Source of the DNA: Xylographa opegraphella
Taxonomy: Eukaryota
Assembly (NCBI GenBank): GCA_022813865.1
Contig: JALDZX010000005.1
Coordinates: forward strand, 248,001-312,000
DNA: 64,000 bases
Direction: 5' to 3'
Shown here: positions 11,034 through 23,236 of the stretch, piece after piece
Layout of the letters: the number at the start of each line of letters is the position of its first letter
Position numbering within the stretch: the first letter of the stretch is position 1
Made by a program: the position numbers and the translations under genes
The notes under the pieces: model-generated
Databases searched by the model: none
Seen by the model: the letters and a program-made list of their open reading frames with translations, nothing else
What the model was told of the DNA's origin: nothing

Positions 11034-13451
11034 ATGTCAAAGACCTTGCAGCAGCCATGGACATGCCTACGATGTATTCACCGACAGCGATACTCACGTC
11101 GACATCTTGCGACTGCCGCAGCTGCGGCACCCGCCACCCATCCACCCGCCTCACATGTCAAGAGTCACGATCCTCCAGCAACAACTCATGATGATAGAGA
11201 CTTGCGGAAGATCTTTGACTCGAGATCATTCTGGCGTGAGTTCTCCAAGTCAAGGACTGGCTTTTATAAGCAAAATGTGGGACTATTTCAAAACCAGTAT
11301 CTTACAAGCGCCGATGGCTTCAAGGAATATGCAAGAGTCAGCCTGGTGAAATGTCGCCGAATTGTGGCGAAGGTGCTGGAGATATCTACGGTGGAAGGAT
11401 ATAAATCAATTGTTCAAGAGCTTGATCAGCTTAGTGACTTGTTGTGTCGGATCATCGATCTGGCAGATTTTGTCCGTTCGACACATCCCGATCCAGTGTT
11501 CCAAAATGCTGCCAACGAAGCGCATGCCCTCATGTTCCAGTACATGAATACGCTGAACACTGCTACTGGACTGAATGATCAGCTTGATAAGGCTTTGGCT
11601 AATTCGGAAGTCACTTCCTCATGGACAGAGGAGGAGAAAACCGTAGCGCGGCTACTGAAAAAAGACTTCTCACAATCGGCGATAGATCTACCACGAGCGA
11701 AGAGAGATAAGTTTGTGGAGCTTTCAAGTACAATTAGTGCTCTAGGGTCAAAGTTTGTGGATGAGATGCGACCAGCAAAGATGGCTCTCGCCATTGAGAG
11801 CGGTCGATTGAAGGGGATGAATCCGATGTTTCTCAAGCAATTGCAAAACAGACGCGGGCATGTCGTACTACCTATTATGGGTTTGCCCGCACAGAATGCT
11901 ATCAGACACGTTGAGGATGAGGCGACGAGGAAGGAAATATACATAGCAACTCGTACCGCCGCAGACAGCCAGGTTCAGGTTCTGGAAGCTTTGCTCTGTC
12001 ATCGGGCCGAGCTTGCCCAGTTGTCCGGCTTCTCCAGCTATTCGCGGATGGCCTTGACAGATAAGATGGCGCAATCCCCTGAGGCGGTGAACAAATTCCT
12101 TTCTGCTCTGTCCGCCGATAATGCTCCTCGAATGCAAGAGGAGCTCAAGCGCATGCTGGCCCTCAAGAATCGCTCAAGCTCTGGCGATTCAGGAGCAATG
12201 TCGGCGCCACCTACCATAAACGCCTGGGACCGCGAGCACTACCGCCAGCAGCTCTTCGCGAAACCTGTCCCTTCATCCAGAAAACCCGATTTCTTACCTG
12301 CCTACTTCTCCCTCGGCACTGTGATGCAAGGTCTTTCCCGGCTCTTCTCCCGGCTCTATGGCGTGCGTTTCGTTCCCCGCGAACCCGCTGCTGGCGAAAC
12401 ATGGAATCCTGACGTCCGACGCCTGGATGTGATTGACGAAACAGACGGCCACATCGCCGTCGTTTACTGCGATCTCTTTGCCCGTGACGGCAAGAACCCG
12501 AATCCCGCGCACTTCACTCTCCGCTGCTCGCGGTTAATTTCTGGTTCCGAGATCGCCGAAGATCCATCTCCTTCTTCTCACCTACACAATCTATCTCCTG
12601 CCCAGCTCGCCAATGACGGCATGGCTACCTCGCCTCCCGTCGACCCCTCAGGCTCTGTCTACCAACTCCCGACCATCGCCCTCATCTGCGACTTCCCCTC
12701 CCCCCCTCCTTCCCATACCAACTCCCAACCACCCACTCTCCTACCCCTTCCCTCCCTCCTCACCCTCTTCCACGAAATGGGCCACGCCATCCACTCCATC
12801 CTCGGCCGCACCCGTCTCCAGAACGTCTCCGGCACGCGCTGCGCCACCGACCTCGCTGAGCTCCCCTCCGTGCTGATGGAGCGCTTCGCGACCGACCCCT
12901 CCGTACTAGCACTCTTCGCGCGGCACTGGGAAACCGACGCCCCACTGCCGTACGAGATGGTGGCCGCCGCCCTGGAGAGCGAGCGCCGCGGCGAGGTGAG
13001 CGACACGGAGACACAGGTGCTGCTCGCCGCCGTGGACCAGGCCTACCACTCGGAAATGGTGCTCCGCGACGGCGGGCACTTCGACAGCACGGCCGTGTGG
13101 CACGCCATGAGCGCGCAGTGGGCCAGCGTGTCCGAGGCGCCGGGGACGACGTGGCAGGGCTTTTTTGGGCACTTGGTCGGCTACGGGGGAAGCTATTACG
13201 CGTATCTGTTCGATCGCGCGATCGCCGCGAAGGTGTGGGAGAGTGTGTTTCGGGGTGGGAGAGGGGGGCAGGCGGTCGAGAGGGGGAGTGGGGAGCGGTT
13301 TAAGAGGGAGCTGTTGAGGTGGGGGGGGAGTCGGAATGGGTGGCGGTGTGTGGGGGGCGTGTTGGGGGAGGAGGGAAGGCGGTTGGAGGACGGGGGGGAG
13401 AGGGCGATGGAGATGGTGGGGAGGTGGGGGGTTGGTGGGGTGGGGAGGTAG
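11034..13451 (+). CDS. OCT1: Mitochondrial intermediate peptidase (M3 metallopeptidase)
   Basis: 805-aa single-exon ORF; mitochondrial presequence; LDQLSDLLCRIIDLADFVR, TLFHEMGHAIHS zinc motif, FGHLVGYGGSYYAYLFDR. Confidence 0.95.
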   Translation: MSKTLQQPWTCLRCIHRQRYSRRHLATAAAAAPATHPPASHVKSHDPPATTHDDRDLRKIFDSRSFWREFSKSRTGFYKQNVGLFQNQYLTSADGFKEYARVSLVKCRRIVAKVLEISTVEGYKSIVQELDQLSDLLCRIIDLADFVRSTHPDPVFQNAANEAHALMFQYMNTLNTATGLNDQLDKALANSEVTSSWTEEEKTVARLLKKDFSQSAIDLPRAKRDKFVELSSTISALGSKFVDEMRPAKMALAIESGRLKGMNPMFLKQLQNRRGHVVLPIMGLPAQNAIRHVEDEATRKEIYIATRTAADSQVQVLEALLCHRAELAQLSGFSSYSRMALTDKMAQSPEAVNKFLSALSADNAPRMQEELKRMLALKNRSSSGDSGAMSAPPTINAWDREHYRQQLFAKPVPSSRKPDFLPAYFSLGTVMQGLSRLFSRLYGVRFVPREPAAGETWNPDVRRLDVIDETDGHIAVVYCDLFARDGKNPNPAHFTLRCSRLISGSEIAEDPSPSSHLHNLSPAQLANDGMATSPPVDPSGSVYQLPTIALICDFPSPPPSHTNSQPPTLLPLPSLLTLFHEMGHAIHSILGRTRLQNVSGTRCATDLAELPSVLMERFATDPSVLALFARHWETDAPLPYEMVAAALESERRGEVSDTETQVLLAAVDQAYHSEMVLRDGGHFDSTAVWHAMSAQWASVSEAPGTTWQGFFGHLVGYGGSYYAYLFDRAIAAKVWESVFRGGRGGQAVERGSGERFKRELLRWGGSRNGWRCVGGVLGEEGRRLEDGGERAMEMVGRWGVGGVGR

Positions 13452-14056
13452 ATGGTAAACTGTGGTGGCGTTGTGTATATCCTTCTCAGGTGGTAGTTCT
13501 GTATATATAGATATCATTCTGACTATAGATCTATATAGACCATTCAAGACAAATCACGCTCTAGCTCAAGCCCGATCCATCTTGCCGCAAAGGATTACTC
13601 CAATCCGCTCTGCTATAGCGCGTAACTCTCGATCCCAAACTCGAGGAGGCTTTCGGGCACCAGAATTATCCACTGCACGATGGATTTCCAGTGACCGGCT
13701 AAGCTTGTACCCACTCGAGACGCGTGCTCGACTTCGTCCTCTCCAAGCTGGTATTCAATGGCTATAATGCATCTTTTGAGGCACCACTCTCGACTCTTAT
13801 GCACCTTCTTTTGCGAGAGCCAGTTAGAGCCTTGCCTGTGTTCGTGGCGTCGCTAGACGTATCCACTATTCGGTATAGTCGGATTATTCAACAGACGCCT
13901 TGTCCGTACAATGTTGTCGAATGCTCGCTTTCAGTTGTCTGGCTTCCACGTGGATTCTCATTATAACACACGATGCTTCAAGACTCCGGACGGGTATGAA
14001 CACGGGCCGCTATTTCGAAGCATCTTCCGGCATGTCGTGATGCTTGGCTACATTTA

Positions 14057-15262
14057 TCAAGGAGTAGCACTCTCGTGCTCCAGCTCATCTTCGTCGTCCA
14101 GTTCCGGATCTGGACTCTTCGTCTGTCTCGGCTCACCCGCAGACGGTGGTGGCACTGGTAGATGTGTGGCTACTCCAAGCTTCGGTGGAGGCGGGGGCGG
14201 CGCCACTTTTGCTGTCGGCGCAAAGTCCTCCTCCTTACTTTTTTGCTCCCCTTCTTTGAAATATTCATCAAAAGCTCGGTTGGGTGGTGCAACATGGCGA
14301 ACTTTCCTACCGTGCCGTGATGGGGCTGGAGCAGTCGGTAAAGGAGGTGGGATTGCCATCGAGGCGGGTATTAACAGATCACTCGAATGCACCGGAGGAT
14401 ATGATGATGGGGGTGGATGGGGAGGTGAAGAGGTCAATGAACGTGCAGAATCGCCGCTCAACCGGGCTGTTTCGAAGAGTGTCTCGCCTGGTGCGGCTGG
14501 TGGTTCAGTTAGTGGTACAGGAAGCCGATGCAGAGCACCAAATCCAAGGACGCATCCCAAAGCGCCACTACCACCCCAGCTGCGAGATGGTGTGATTGTG
14601 ACCAGACGAGTGACTGCATATTCGTGGTTGTAAACATAAAGTCGAAGAGGCCTGGACAGATAGTCTTCCACTAATTCTCCCAGTCCCGATTCTCCATGGA
14701 CGATGCCTTCAGGAGTACCAATAATATAGTCGCCATAAGGAAGCAGACCTGCACTATCGGCAGGCGAGTCGGGTATAATGTCGAGAACGTGCCAGACGTC
14801 ATCTGTCGTGACTAGAGGTGTCCACTGAAGTGTAATTCCCAGAGTCGGAGATGGGGTTGGGACCGGGATACGCATGTCTCTCAAACGTTGGCCCTATGTT
14901 GAATGGAACAGTCAGCCTTTGCATCAGATATTGATGGTCCCTGTAGGTAACACTTTTACATTCCACAACGTTAAGGTCACCGTAGACCCAGCACAATTCC
15001 GTACTTCAGTGGCGAACAGATTCGGGTCTGGGTCATCCTAAACACACGTCAATAGATGAAACTGCAATCCCTCGAAGCTACTCACAATTTGACGGCCATT
15101 GATACCGATGACGAAGTCATACCATGGCTCGATTGGTATCTCATGGTTCTTGTTCCTTAGGACTTGAAAGCCAAATGCTCCGTGGCTTACTTTGGATTTT
15201 TGCACAGGATTGTCGGAATCTAAACGAGAGATGAGACGATTGAGAACCCCAAAATAACTCAT
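14057..15262 (-). CDS. GRH1: GRASP55/65 family Golgi reassembly stacking protein, 3 exons
   Basis: FGFQVLRN, IEPWYDFVIGINGRQI, WHVLDIIPDSPADSAGLLPYGDYIIG, WGGSGALGCVLGFGALHRLP; the middle exon DDPDPNLFATEVRNCAG...WNVK was read between canonical introns. Confidence 0.93.
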
Positions 15263-15577
15263 GGTGAATAGTGGTTAGATATGGTTATGGCCGAAGACGA
15301 TGATCAACAATACTGGCACATGATCAAGAGACTATATTGTGGAAATGAATCCCTAAACTCACGTACAGTTGTAAACTTCACCACGTCGCTTATCGCGGTA
15401 CTAGCCCTAAGAGTGCTGTACCCCGGTACCCGTTATTTTGTGGTAATCTACAAGTACCCGGACGACTGAAGCAAGCCTGCGTATATTTCGGTCCATAGAT
15501 ACTCTGGACTACGCAATCCACTGGTCACTTCTCGTAGACATGATCAGGAATCATCAGGACACTACACTCAATCTGTG

Positions 15578-16564
15578 ATGGCAAGAAAAAGACGCAGGGA
15601 GACTGCGTCGTGTGACGAACTGCCCGAGGGATGCTACCACTACGATGATCTAGGGGAAGTGCCTTGGGATATTCAAAAGTATGACGCAAGATTATTTGGT
15701 AACTCAGGCATAATGGTTAACTCTTCGAACATAGGTATTTCCATCAGAGGTATAGCATCTTCTCAAGGTATGATGAAGGAATATGGATGACTGATGATGC
15801 CTGGTATGGAGTGACACCGGAGCCTGTGGCTGAGTACGTCTTCTATAACCAAGCACTTATGAAACACTAAAGATGATGAAGCAAAATAGCACAGCATCTT
15901 GCGGATGGAACACCAAGTGAGAAGGCCATTCTCATTGATGTATTTGCCGGTGCCGGCGGGAATACCATTGCCTTTGCCAAATCGGATCGGTGGAAGAGAA
16001 TTTATGCGATTGAGAAGGACCCGCAGGTCCTGGCATGTGCGAAACAGAATGCCAAGGTCTATGGCGTACTTGAGCGGATCTCCTGGTACCAAGGAGATTG
16101 TTTCGAGATCATCAAGAACGAGTTAGCAGAAACGGGAGATTATGCTGTTGTCTTTGCGAGCCCACCTTGGGGAGGTATGAATACTCGACCAAATTCCTTG
16201 TCGGAAGCTGATACTGTCAGGCCCTGCCTACCGCACTAATACCATTTTCGACTTGTCCGAGATGCAGCCATATTCGCTGACCGATCTCCTATTGCCGTTT
16301 CGGCGATTGACAGGGAATGTAGCCCTCTACCTCCCAAGAACCTCTGACTTGAGGCAAGTCAGTAAGTTACATAACGAAGAGGGGAAATTGACTGTAATTC
16401 ATTATTGCATGGAAGGGGCAAGCAAGGTATGAATGAGCCACTGACTGGCGCAGGAATTTCTAACCGTATCTCAGGCTCTTTGTGTTTTCTATGGGAACTT
16501 TAATCTGTCCAGTCCTATCAGTGGCATACAGGATAGACCTGCAGTGACTGTGACTGAACGATAG
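15578..16564 (+). CDS. TGS1: Trimethylguanosine synthase, 5 exons
   Basis: Spliced translation gives YFHQRYSIFSRYDEGIWMTDDAWYGVTPEPVA, IDVFAGAGGNTIAFA, VFASPPWGGP, LYLPRTSDLRQ, KALCVFYG. Confidence 0.93.
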
Positions 16565-17069
16565 AACAAATACAGATATCATGAATGGATTTATATGCTG
16601 ATTCAATGTCTTAGATTGGATATGAGTTAGCACCAAATGTATGGTACACTATAGAACCTGTACGGTAGCATTGTGACTCATTCACTGTGAGATGAATGCC
16701 ACACCATAGCTGCCCATAGTCCACATGTTGCGTGATTCCATTCACATTATTTAGAGTTCGATAGGGCTTATAGTGATGACGCTAGTCCGGAGTTGTGCTG
16801 CCCGCATTTTGACCTCTCGAACCTCACACGAAGTGCCCCATTCCGTGGACATTAGCGAACGACAACATCATATCCATCATAGCACGACAACTTTACGGAC
16901 GAGATCCAGCAACTTTCGTGTTCATCGCATATTCATTGCGCTCACAGATGTTGGTAGTGAGTCCTAGCTAGAGCATGGGGGCTCTGTGCAGGAGAAGGCA
17001 ACGAGTGATGTGCAGATTATGCTGGGAGTGAACGGTAGCAAGCGCAAAAGTGAGAATACAACGGACAAA

Positions 17070-20000
17070 ATGCCGCACGCGGTACTTTCGACAGACGCTC
17101 AGGATGAGTTGGATGAGCTCCTGATACAAAAGGCCTTGGATCCGCAGAACGAATTTGACTTCAGCCGCGAACTCGAACCTGGTGAAAAGGCTGATGATGC
17201 GATCGACTTCGAGGACATCGATGATGACGACCTTGCCGAAGATGAAGATGAGAAAAAGACGGATTCGTTCTCGACACAAAGGGTGGAGGATTCGGGCGCA
17301 TCTTTCGAAGATGAGCGTGGTTTCACGCAGGAGGATGACCTCCCGGGTCTGACAAGTGGGAGCGCACCGGAGGCAGATGGATACGACGACTTGTTTGGCG
17401 ACACCCCCTCATCGCCGGTGGCCTTCGGTGATGACACTGGGGCTAAGGACGGAAATACCGTGGGCATGTCATTCGACTTCGAAGACGACCTATTCTCGGA
17501 TCCTCTAGGAACGTCTATGGTAGTCCCCAGTACGGAAACAGAGGAAAATGCTCGTCAAGGCGATTCGTTTTTTCGACCAGTGGACTTTGGTGCTAAGAAA
17601 GCTGCTCCATCGAGAGAAGAACTGTTGCAACAAGAGCTCTTTGCAATGTCCCGGCATGGCCTTGGGTCTGATGATTTTGTTCCTGCGCCACCCGAAAATC
17701 AGGAAGAACTGCTAGCATCTCTGTGGCCAAAATTCGAGCGTGATACTATTCCTCGCTTTACGGATCTACTACCTCCTAAAAAGGCTCGATTTGTCGGTAA
17801 AACTCCCTTGAAACCGCCAAAGCCGGTAAATCCTACCAAAGTCAACCTGGATCTAGCTCCGGACCAAGAAAAGGGCTTCAAGATTACAACGTCTACTAGT
17901 AAGAGAACACACGAAGATTATCAGAGGCAGAGATTAATCGAGATTGTCAATCTCAATCCAACTCAAAGTGTTAGCGAAGACGAAATAGATGCGGACTCAG
18001 ACTTTGAAAATGAGCCAGTTGGTGGCGTTACTTGGCAGGATTTCCAGATTTTGTGTGAGGACTGGGATATTCACAGCGTTGCAATGTCCTCAACCCCAGA
18101 AAGAGAAATACCCAATAACCCTGCCGGGACGGACCAGGACGATCTATTCCGTGACCTTGAGGAAGAGTGGGAAATTCAGATGAGCGGAACGTCCACTAAG
18201 GTAAACGATTATAAGCTTCATAGGCATTTTGGCTAATTACTTGGCAGAGGCGGAAACTAAATCATTTCGATAAAGATATACTGAATATTCCACACTTCGC
18301 CACCCCTTCGTTACGAGACCCGGAATATGTCACTGCTAAGATCGCTAAGACTATCACATTAGATCTAAACGATCCGCAATTAATTCTTGACGAGGATCGA
18401 TCATCATTCGAGCGTCCCAGCAATCATTTGAAGAAAGTCGATTTTTCTAGGGGTGGTCGTGCAGCTTTCTCGAAGGGCCTTAGCCAACGTTACAACATAT
18501 CAAACGATGAAGCTTATGACTTGTTGAAGGAGAATCACCAGAGTAAGGTCCGGAGTACCCTTGGGAATGTTGCTGTCAGTCACAGTATGCCAGCGTTGCG
18601 ACTTCAATGGCCATATGTAAGTATCTACATATCTATATCCCATCGACGCATGTTTTATTTACTTCCCATTAGTACAAAACAAAACTTGGAAAGCAGGAAG
18701 CAAGATCGTTCCATAGACCTATAGCGCAATTCGATCAAGGACAACCCATCATGTTTAGCAAACCTCGTATCGTCAAGCGAAAGCATATGAAAGGCAAGGA
18801 TACACAAGCAATCTTCAACAACACAAGGGACCTTTCACTAGGCGATAATTCAAGCAGTCTACTACTGGAGTATTCCGAAGAGCATCCAAGTGTCATGTCA
18901 AATTTCGGCATGGGTAGTCGACTCATCAACTACTATCGGCGAAAGAATATGGAAGATACTACCCGCCCAAAGCTTGATGTGGGAGAGACTGCTGTACTTT
19001 TACCTCAAGATAAGAGCCCTTTCTCCATATTTGGTCACATAGACCCTGGTCAAATTGTTCCTGCCCTGCACAATAGTATGTACAGAGCTCCTATTTTCGA
19101 ACAAGACCCTAGGCCGACAGACTTCTTAATGATTCGGAATGCAACTGGAGTTGATGGTCCCACCTGGTATCTGCGCAATGTTGAGAACGTGCGTGTTGTG
19201 GGACAGCAGTTTCCTTCTATAGACGTTCCAGGTCCTCATTCGCGAAAAGTAACCACAGCTTCTAAAAATCGGCTTAAAATGATATCATACCGAAAGATCC
19301 GTAGAAAGAAGCCTCATCGGATCGCTGTTGGTGAAGTCACTCAGCACTTTGTCGACACTACAGATATGCAAAACAGACAGAAATTGAAAGAGTTCATGCA
19401 ATTTTCTAAGGAGCACAAAGAGTGGGAAATGCGACCGGGCGAAGCGATACCCGACGAGGAAGTTGTTAGAACTATGGTCAAACCGGAGGATGTCTGTCTT
19501 TTGGAAGCCATGCAAGTTGGGCAGCAGCACTTACTGGATGCTGGTTTCACAAAGGAGAACGATGAATCTGAAGATGACGAGGGTAAGGAAGGTCAGAGTA
19601 TCGAACAGCAACTCGCTCCATGGTATACTTCGAGAAACTTCTTAAATGCCGCATCTGGCAAAGCAATGCTTCAACTACATGGGGAAGGCGACCCATCCGG
19701 AAGAGGTGAGGCTTTTAGCTTCCTCAAGACCTCGATGAAAGGCGGATTCAAAGCTATCGGCGAGAGTGTGGAAGATAAGCTTGACGCCAAGAAGCTGAAA
19801 GAGCTTGGAGGACACAGCTACAATGTGGCGAAGCAGCAGCGAGCTTATGAGGAGTCCATCCGACGCATTTGGGATGGACAGAAGCAAAGTCTCTCCTCAA
19901 CTATCGAACATTCAGACACAGACATAGATACCGAAGACCCGGAGGCTACCGACGATGCCTTTGGTCATGGTATGACTCCACGATCGGAAGTCCCAAATCC

Positions 20001-20762
20001 TGCTTTCAAGCGTCGAGACGACGAGACAACGAGCCAATTTAGCAAGTTCAGTACCGATAGTCAAAGCGGCAAGGTGTTGAGAATTATACGCAAAGTGGAA
20101 GATAAATATGGTAATATTGAGCAAGTGCAAGAAATAGTTCGTGATCCACGTGTCATTAGGCAGTATCTCAAGCGCCGACACGCCAAGGAAGATGCTCTCA
20201 GGGAGTAAGCTAAATCCTCTGCTGTCTTTTGACGATCTATCTAATCGGGGTGCAGTCCTGCGGATGGGCCTACAGGAGACTCAGAGAAAGACAAACGCGC
20301 CATGAAAAAGTCAATAAAACCTCGCCTCTTTATAGAACATATACTAATATTCCAGCAGTCTTGAGAAAGAGCTTGCACGTCTTGAGCGAAATAAGGACCG
20401 TCGTATAGCACGCGACAAGCAGAAAGGGATCCATGTTGAAGGTACTGCAGGCTCTCCTGGCTCACCTGCTTCTCCCAGTGGAGCTGTGCCAACCAAGGGA
20501 ACCGGTACACCGCGGAAATGTGCCAACTGTGGTCAAGTGGGGCATATCAAAACCAACAAGAAGTTTGCGTGCCCATTTCTTTAGTTCCGTTGTCGCACAT
20601 TCTGCTCAAGTGCATTCCCATATCTCATCTATTCCAGAAAGAGAGAGCGATAGCTAACAGAGGTGTCTGTGTGTCAGACTTTGTCCTATGCTCAATGGTA
20701 CCGCGAAGCAAGATGATGGGTTTGGAGAAGCCGCATTCGCCATGGGCTCTTCTACCATTTAG
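17070..20762 (+). CDS. TAF1: TFIID subunit Taf1, about 6 exons
   Basis: RELEPGEKADDAIDFEDI, RYNISNDEAYDLLKENH, LLEYSEEHPSVMSNFGM, LHGEGDPSGRGEAFSF; C-terminal zinc knuckle RKCANCGQVGHIKTNKKLCP. An alternative start at 17019 is possible. Confidence 0.94.
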
Positions 20763-21416
20763 GCACAACGATTGTTGCTCGTTTCTTCTTGCTTATTGAG
20801 TCTGAACTTTGGGTTTGTAGGAGCAGTATTCACACTAGTTTTACCTCCAAGTGCAGGAGAGTTGTGTGGAGGTTTTGGTATCGATTTAGTCTACGAGGCG
20901 TTTGAGTTGGGAGCGCCCAAGGGTAAATGAAAAGGGGAAAATAAAGGTGTCGCCAACAGATATAAATTGGGACAGCGCGTGCTTGCATCATCTTCTGGCG
21001 TCCAAGTCTCTATGTATATACAGTAGGGTGGACTGGCCTTGGAGTGGAGGATCCGGGAATTATCACGAAGAGGATAAAATCATCAGTTTGCCGTTGTGTC
21101 ATCACCCCATTTAACGGGGAACCAGTCCTTCAGAAACACCTCGAAGGAATTGTGAATGACAATCTTCAAGGCAAGTAGAAAGCCTCATGTATGGTTGAGA
21201 GTGTAGTGACCCGGAACTGAAATGAGGATACCATTATTCAACAATTACACAAAGAACACAAGGCTGTCACAATCTTTACCCCTGCATCTAGATTGCCCAA
21301 AATAGCCTTGCCAATAAACCATCCCTGCCATCCCGAGCACCCACGTCTCCTATGATTTTTCAGCTGAACCACGACCATCCTCCCATGACTTTCCATTACC
21401 GCGACCATCCACGGCC

Positions 21417-22231
21417 ATGGCGCCTCCATGGCATCGATACAACGGAGTACCCTCCATAATCAGCCTTTTCCTCCAGCTACTCATACTGTCCATCATCGGC
21501 CGGGTCGACGCACAATCAGCCTCTGGGACACCACCGCTCCCGGCGCCCACACGCGCTGGCCCGTCCGCTACAGTCGTGCCGAGTGCAGGTGACTACACGT
21601 ATGCTGGCTGCTACAACGAGACGACGAGTGACGATGCAGCGGGGAATGTGCGCGCGTTGGCGGGTGGGAATATGGTACGTTGGCATGGCCCTCCACTGGC
21701 ATTGCTTTGCACCTGATAGCCAATGCTCTCCCATGTGCACTCGCTTGTCTCTGCATATCGAGCGATCTACCGTCCAACTCGTACATATTACTCCGGTTGC
21801 TAACTAGGACTCTCCATGTGCAGACCGCCACCAGCTCCATGACGGTGAACTACTGCCTCTCCTACTGTGACGGCAGCACCTACGCTGGCATCGAGTACGG
21901 GCGCGAGTGCTGGTGCGCGACGTACATCAACGCCAATTCGCAGAAACTGCCAGACTCGAATTGCACGGATGCTTGTGAGGGGGATGGGGCGGAGATCTGT
22001 GGCGATGCTTTGAGGTGAGTTCTCTTTCCAATTGCATGCAGCATTCAACACGCAGAAGCCGCGATTATGCTTCTGGTGATTCTTTGGGAATGGACTTTGC
22101 TGATTGGGTTTGGTTTTAGGCTTACGGTCTATCAACGGAAGAGCACGTCTACGAACGGAGCAAATGCATTGACTCTCCAGGGCGCGGGATATGGGGTAGG
22201 TCTGGCTCTGCTGGGCGTTGTATTTGGATGA
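21417..22231 (+). CDS. Small secreted/GPI-type WSC-domain protein, 3 exons
   Basis: Signal peptide; YAGCYNE...MTVNYCLSYC...YAGIEYGRECWC...CTDACEGDGAEICG WSC cysteine pattern; hydrophobic C-terminus; introns about 21675-21823 and 22015-22119. Confidence 0.88.
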
Positions 22232-23236
22232 CTGGAGGGGGGATAGACTGGATATAAGAATTCTAATTTCAGGATAGACGGGTGGGACGGAGCAAGGGAA
22301 TGTCTTTTCGATACTCAGACGAACAACAAGATAGACACCATCTTTTAGCAGTGGCACTAATGGAATATTCAGCCACAGATACTCATCTCGCTTCTTTCTA
22401 GATCTCGTGCCTCCACTCTCATAACCAGTAAACGCCACTCCTAGTTCCTGCACTTCCTCAAAAGCCATCGGCGCCGACGTTTCGCATAAGTGGCCCGCGC
22501 CCCTTCTTCCCAAAAGCCAACAGCCCAGCACCGTCGTGCCTCCGGAAATAAAATTACCTACCTTGCTTCCACAATCCCTGTCACCTAAAACCAGAACTCC
22601 GCGAGTTTCCCCTGAGCCCGCTGTACGGCCTGTTGAGGCGCGGGGCGTAGCGGCAAATGGCGAGTGCGGTGATAATATAGGGTCGGGCCCGCCCGTAGCA
22701 TTGGTAAATCCGGAGGGAAAGCGCAAGAAACGACTACGCAAGCGTGGATGCCGGAAGCGGAGGCAATTGAGGTGGATAGGATGGGGGGAGAGCTTTTCCC
22801 GGCGCGGGAGATTGTATTGGAAGGCGGTAGTGGGTCTGGCGCTGGAGGCTTAAGTTGGAGTGAGGGTGAACAGCAGGGGACGAGGGGTGCTTTGGGCTGG
22901 AGATGGTCGTGAGAAGTAGATGAGGGTAGAACTGTTTATTATTACGGTACTTTGCGTAGAGTATTATTGCCTGCAGTTAGGTGAACTGATCACGGTTGTA
23001 ACAGTTCCAGGCTGTAAAATGCATTCATTGATATTGAGACAATGACAGTAGTGCTCTAATAGTACCGCTTTGCCTGCGTATCCACAAATTGCGGCCAAAT
23101 CGAATTCGATGTGAATGAGCGGGTGAGTGAGCAAGCATCAAGAGAGACCATTGTCTTGATGAATGGAGAAGCACTAAGAGGAGCAAAGAGAGTGACATGT
23201 AATATTCAAGCCTTCGAACATGAATGGTGGATTTCG

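Noticed and set aside
21675..21823. Longer introns (WSC gene, last TAF1 intron) as possible stwintrons
   Set aside because: No internal donor/branch/acceptor set that reconstitutes an external splice site was found.
21800..22853. 313-aa minus-strand ORF and 105-aa plus-strand ORF downstream of the WSC gene
   Set aside because: Non-ATG starts, no recognisable motif, and partly antisense to a well-supported gene.
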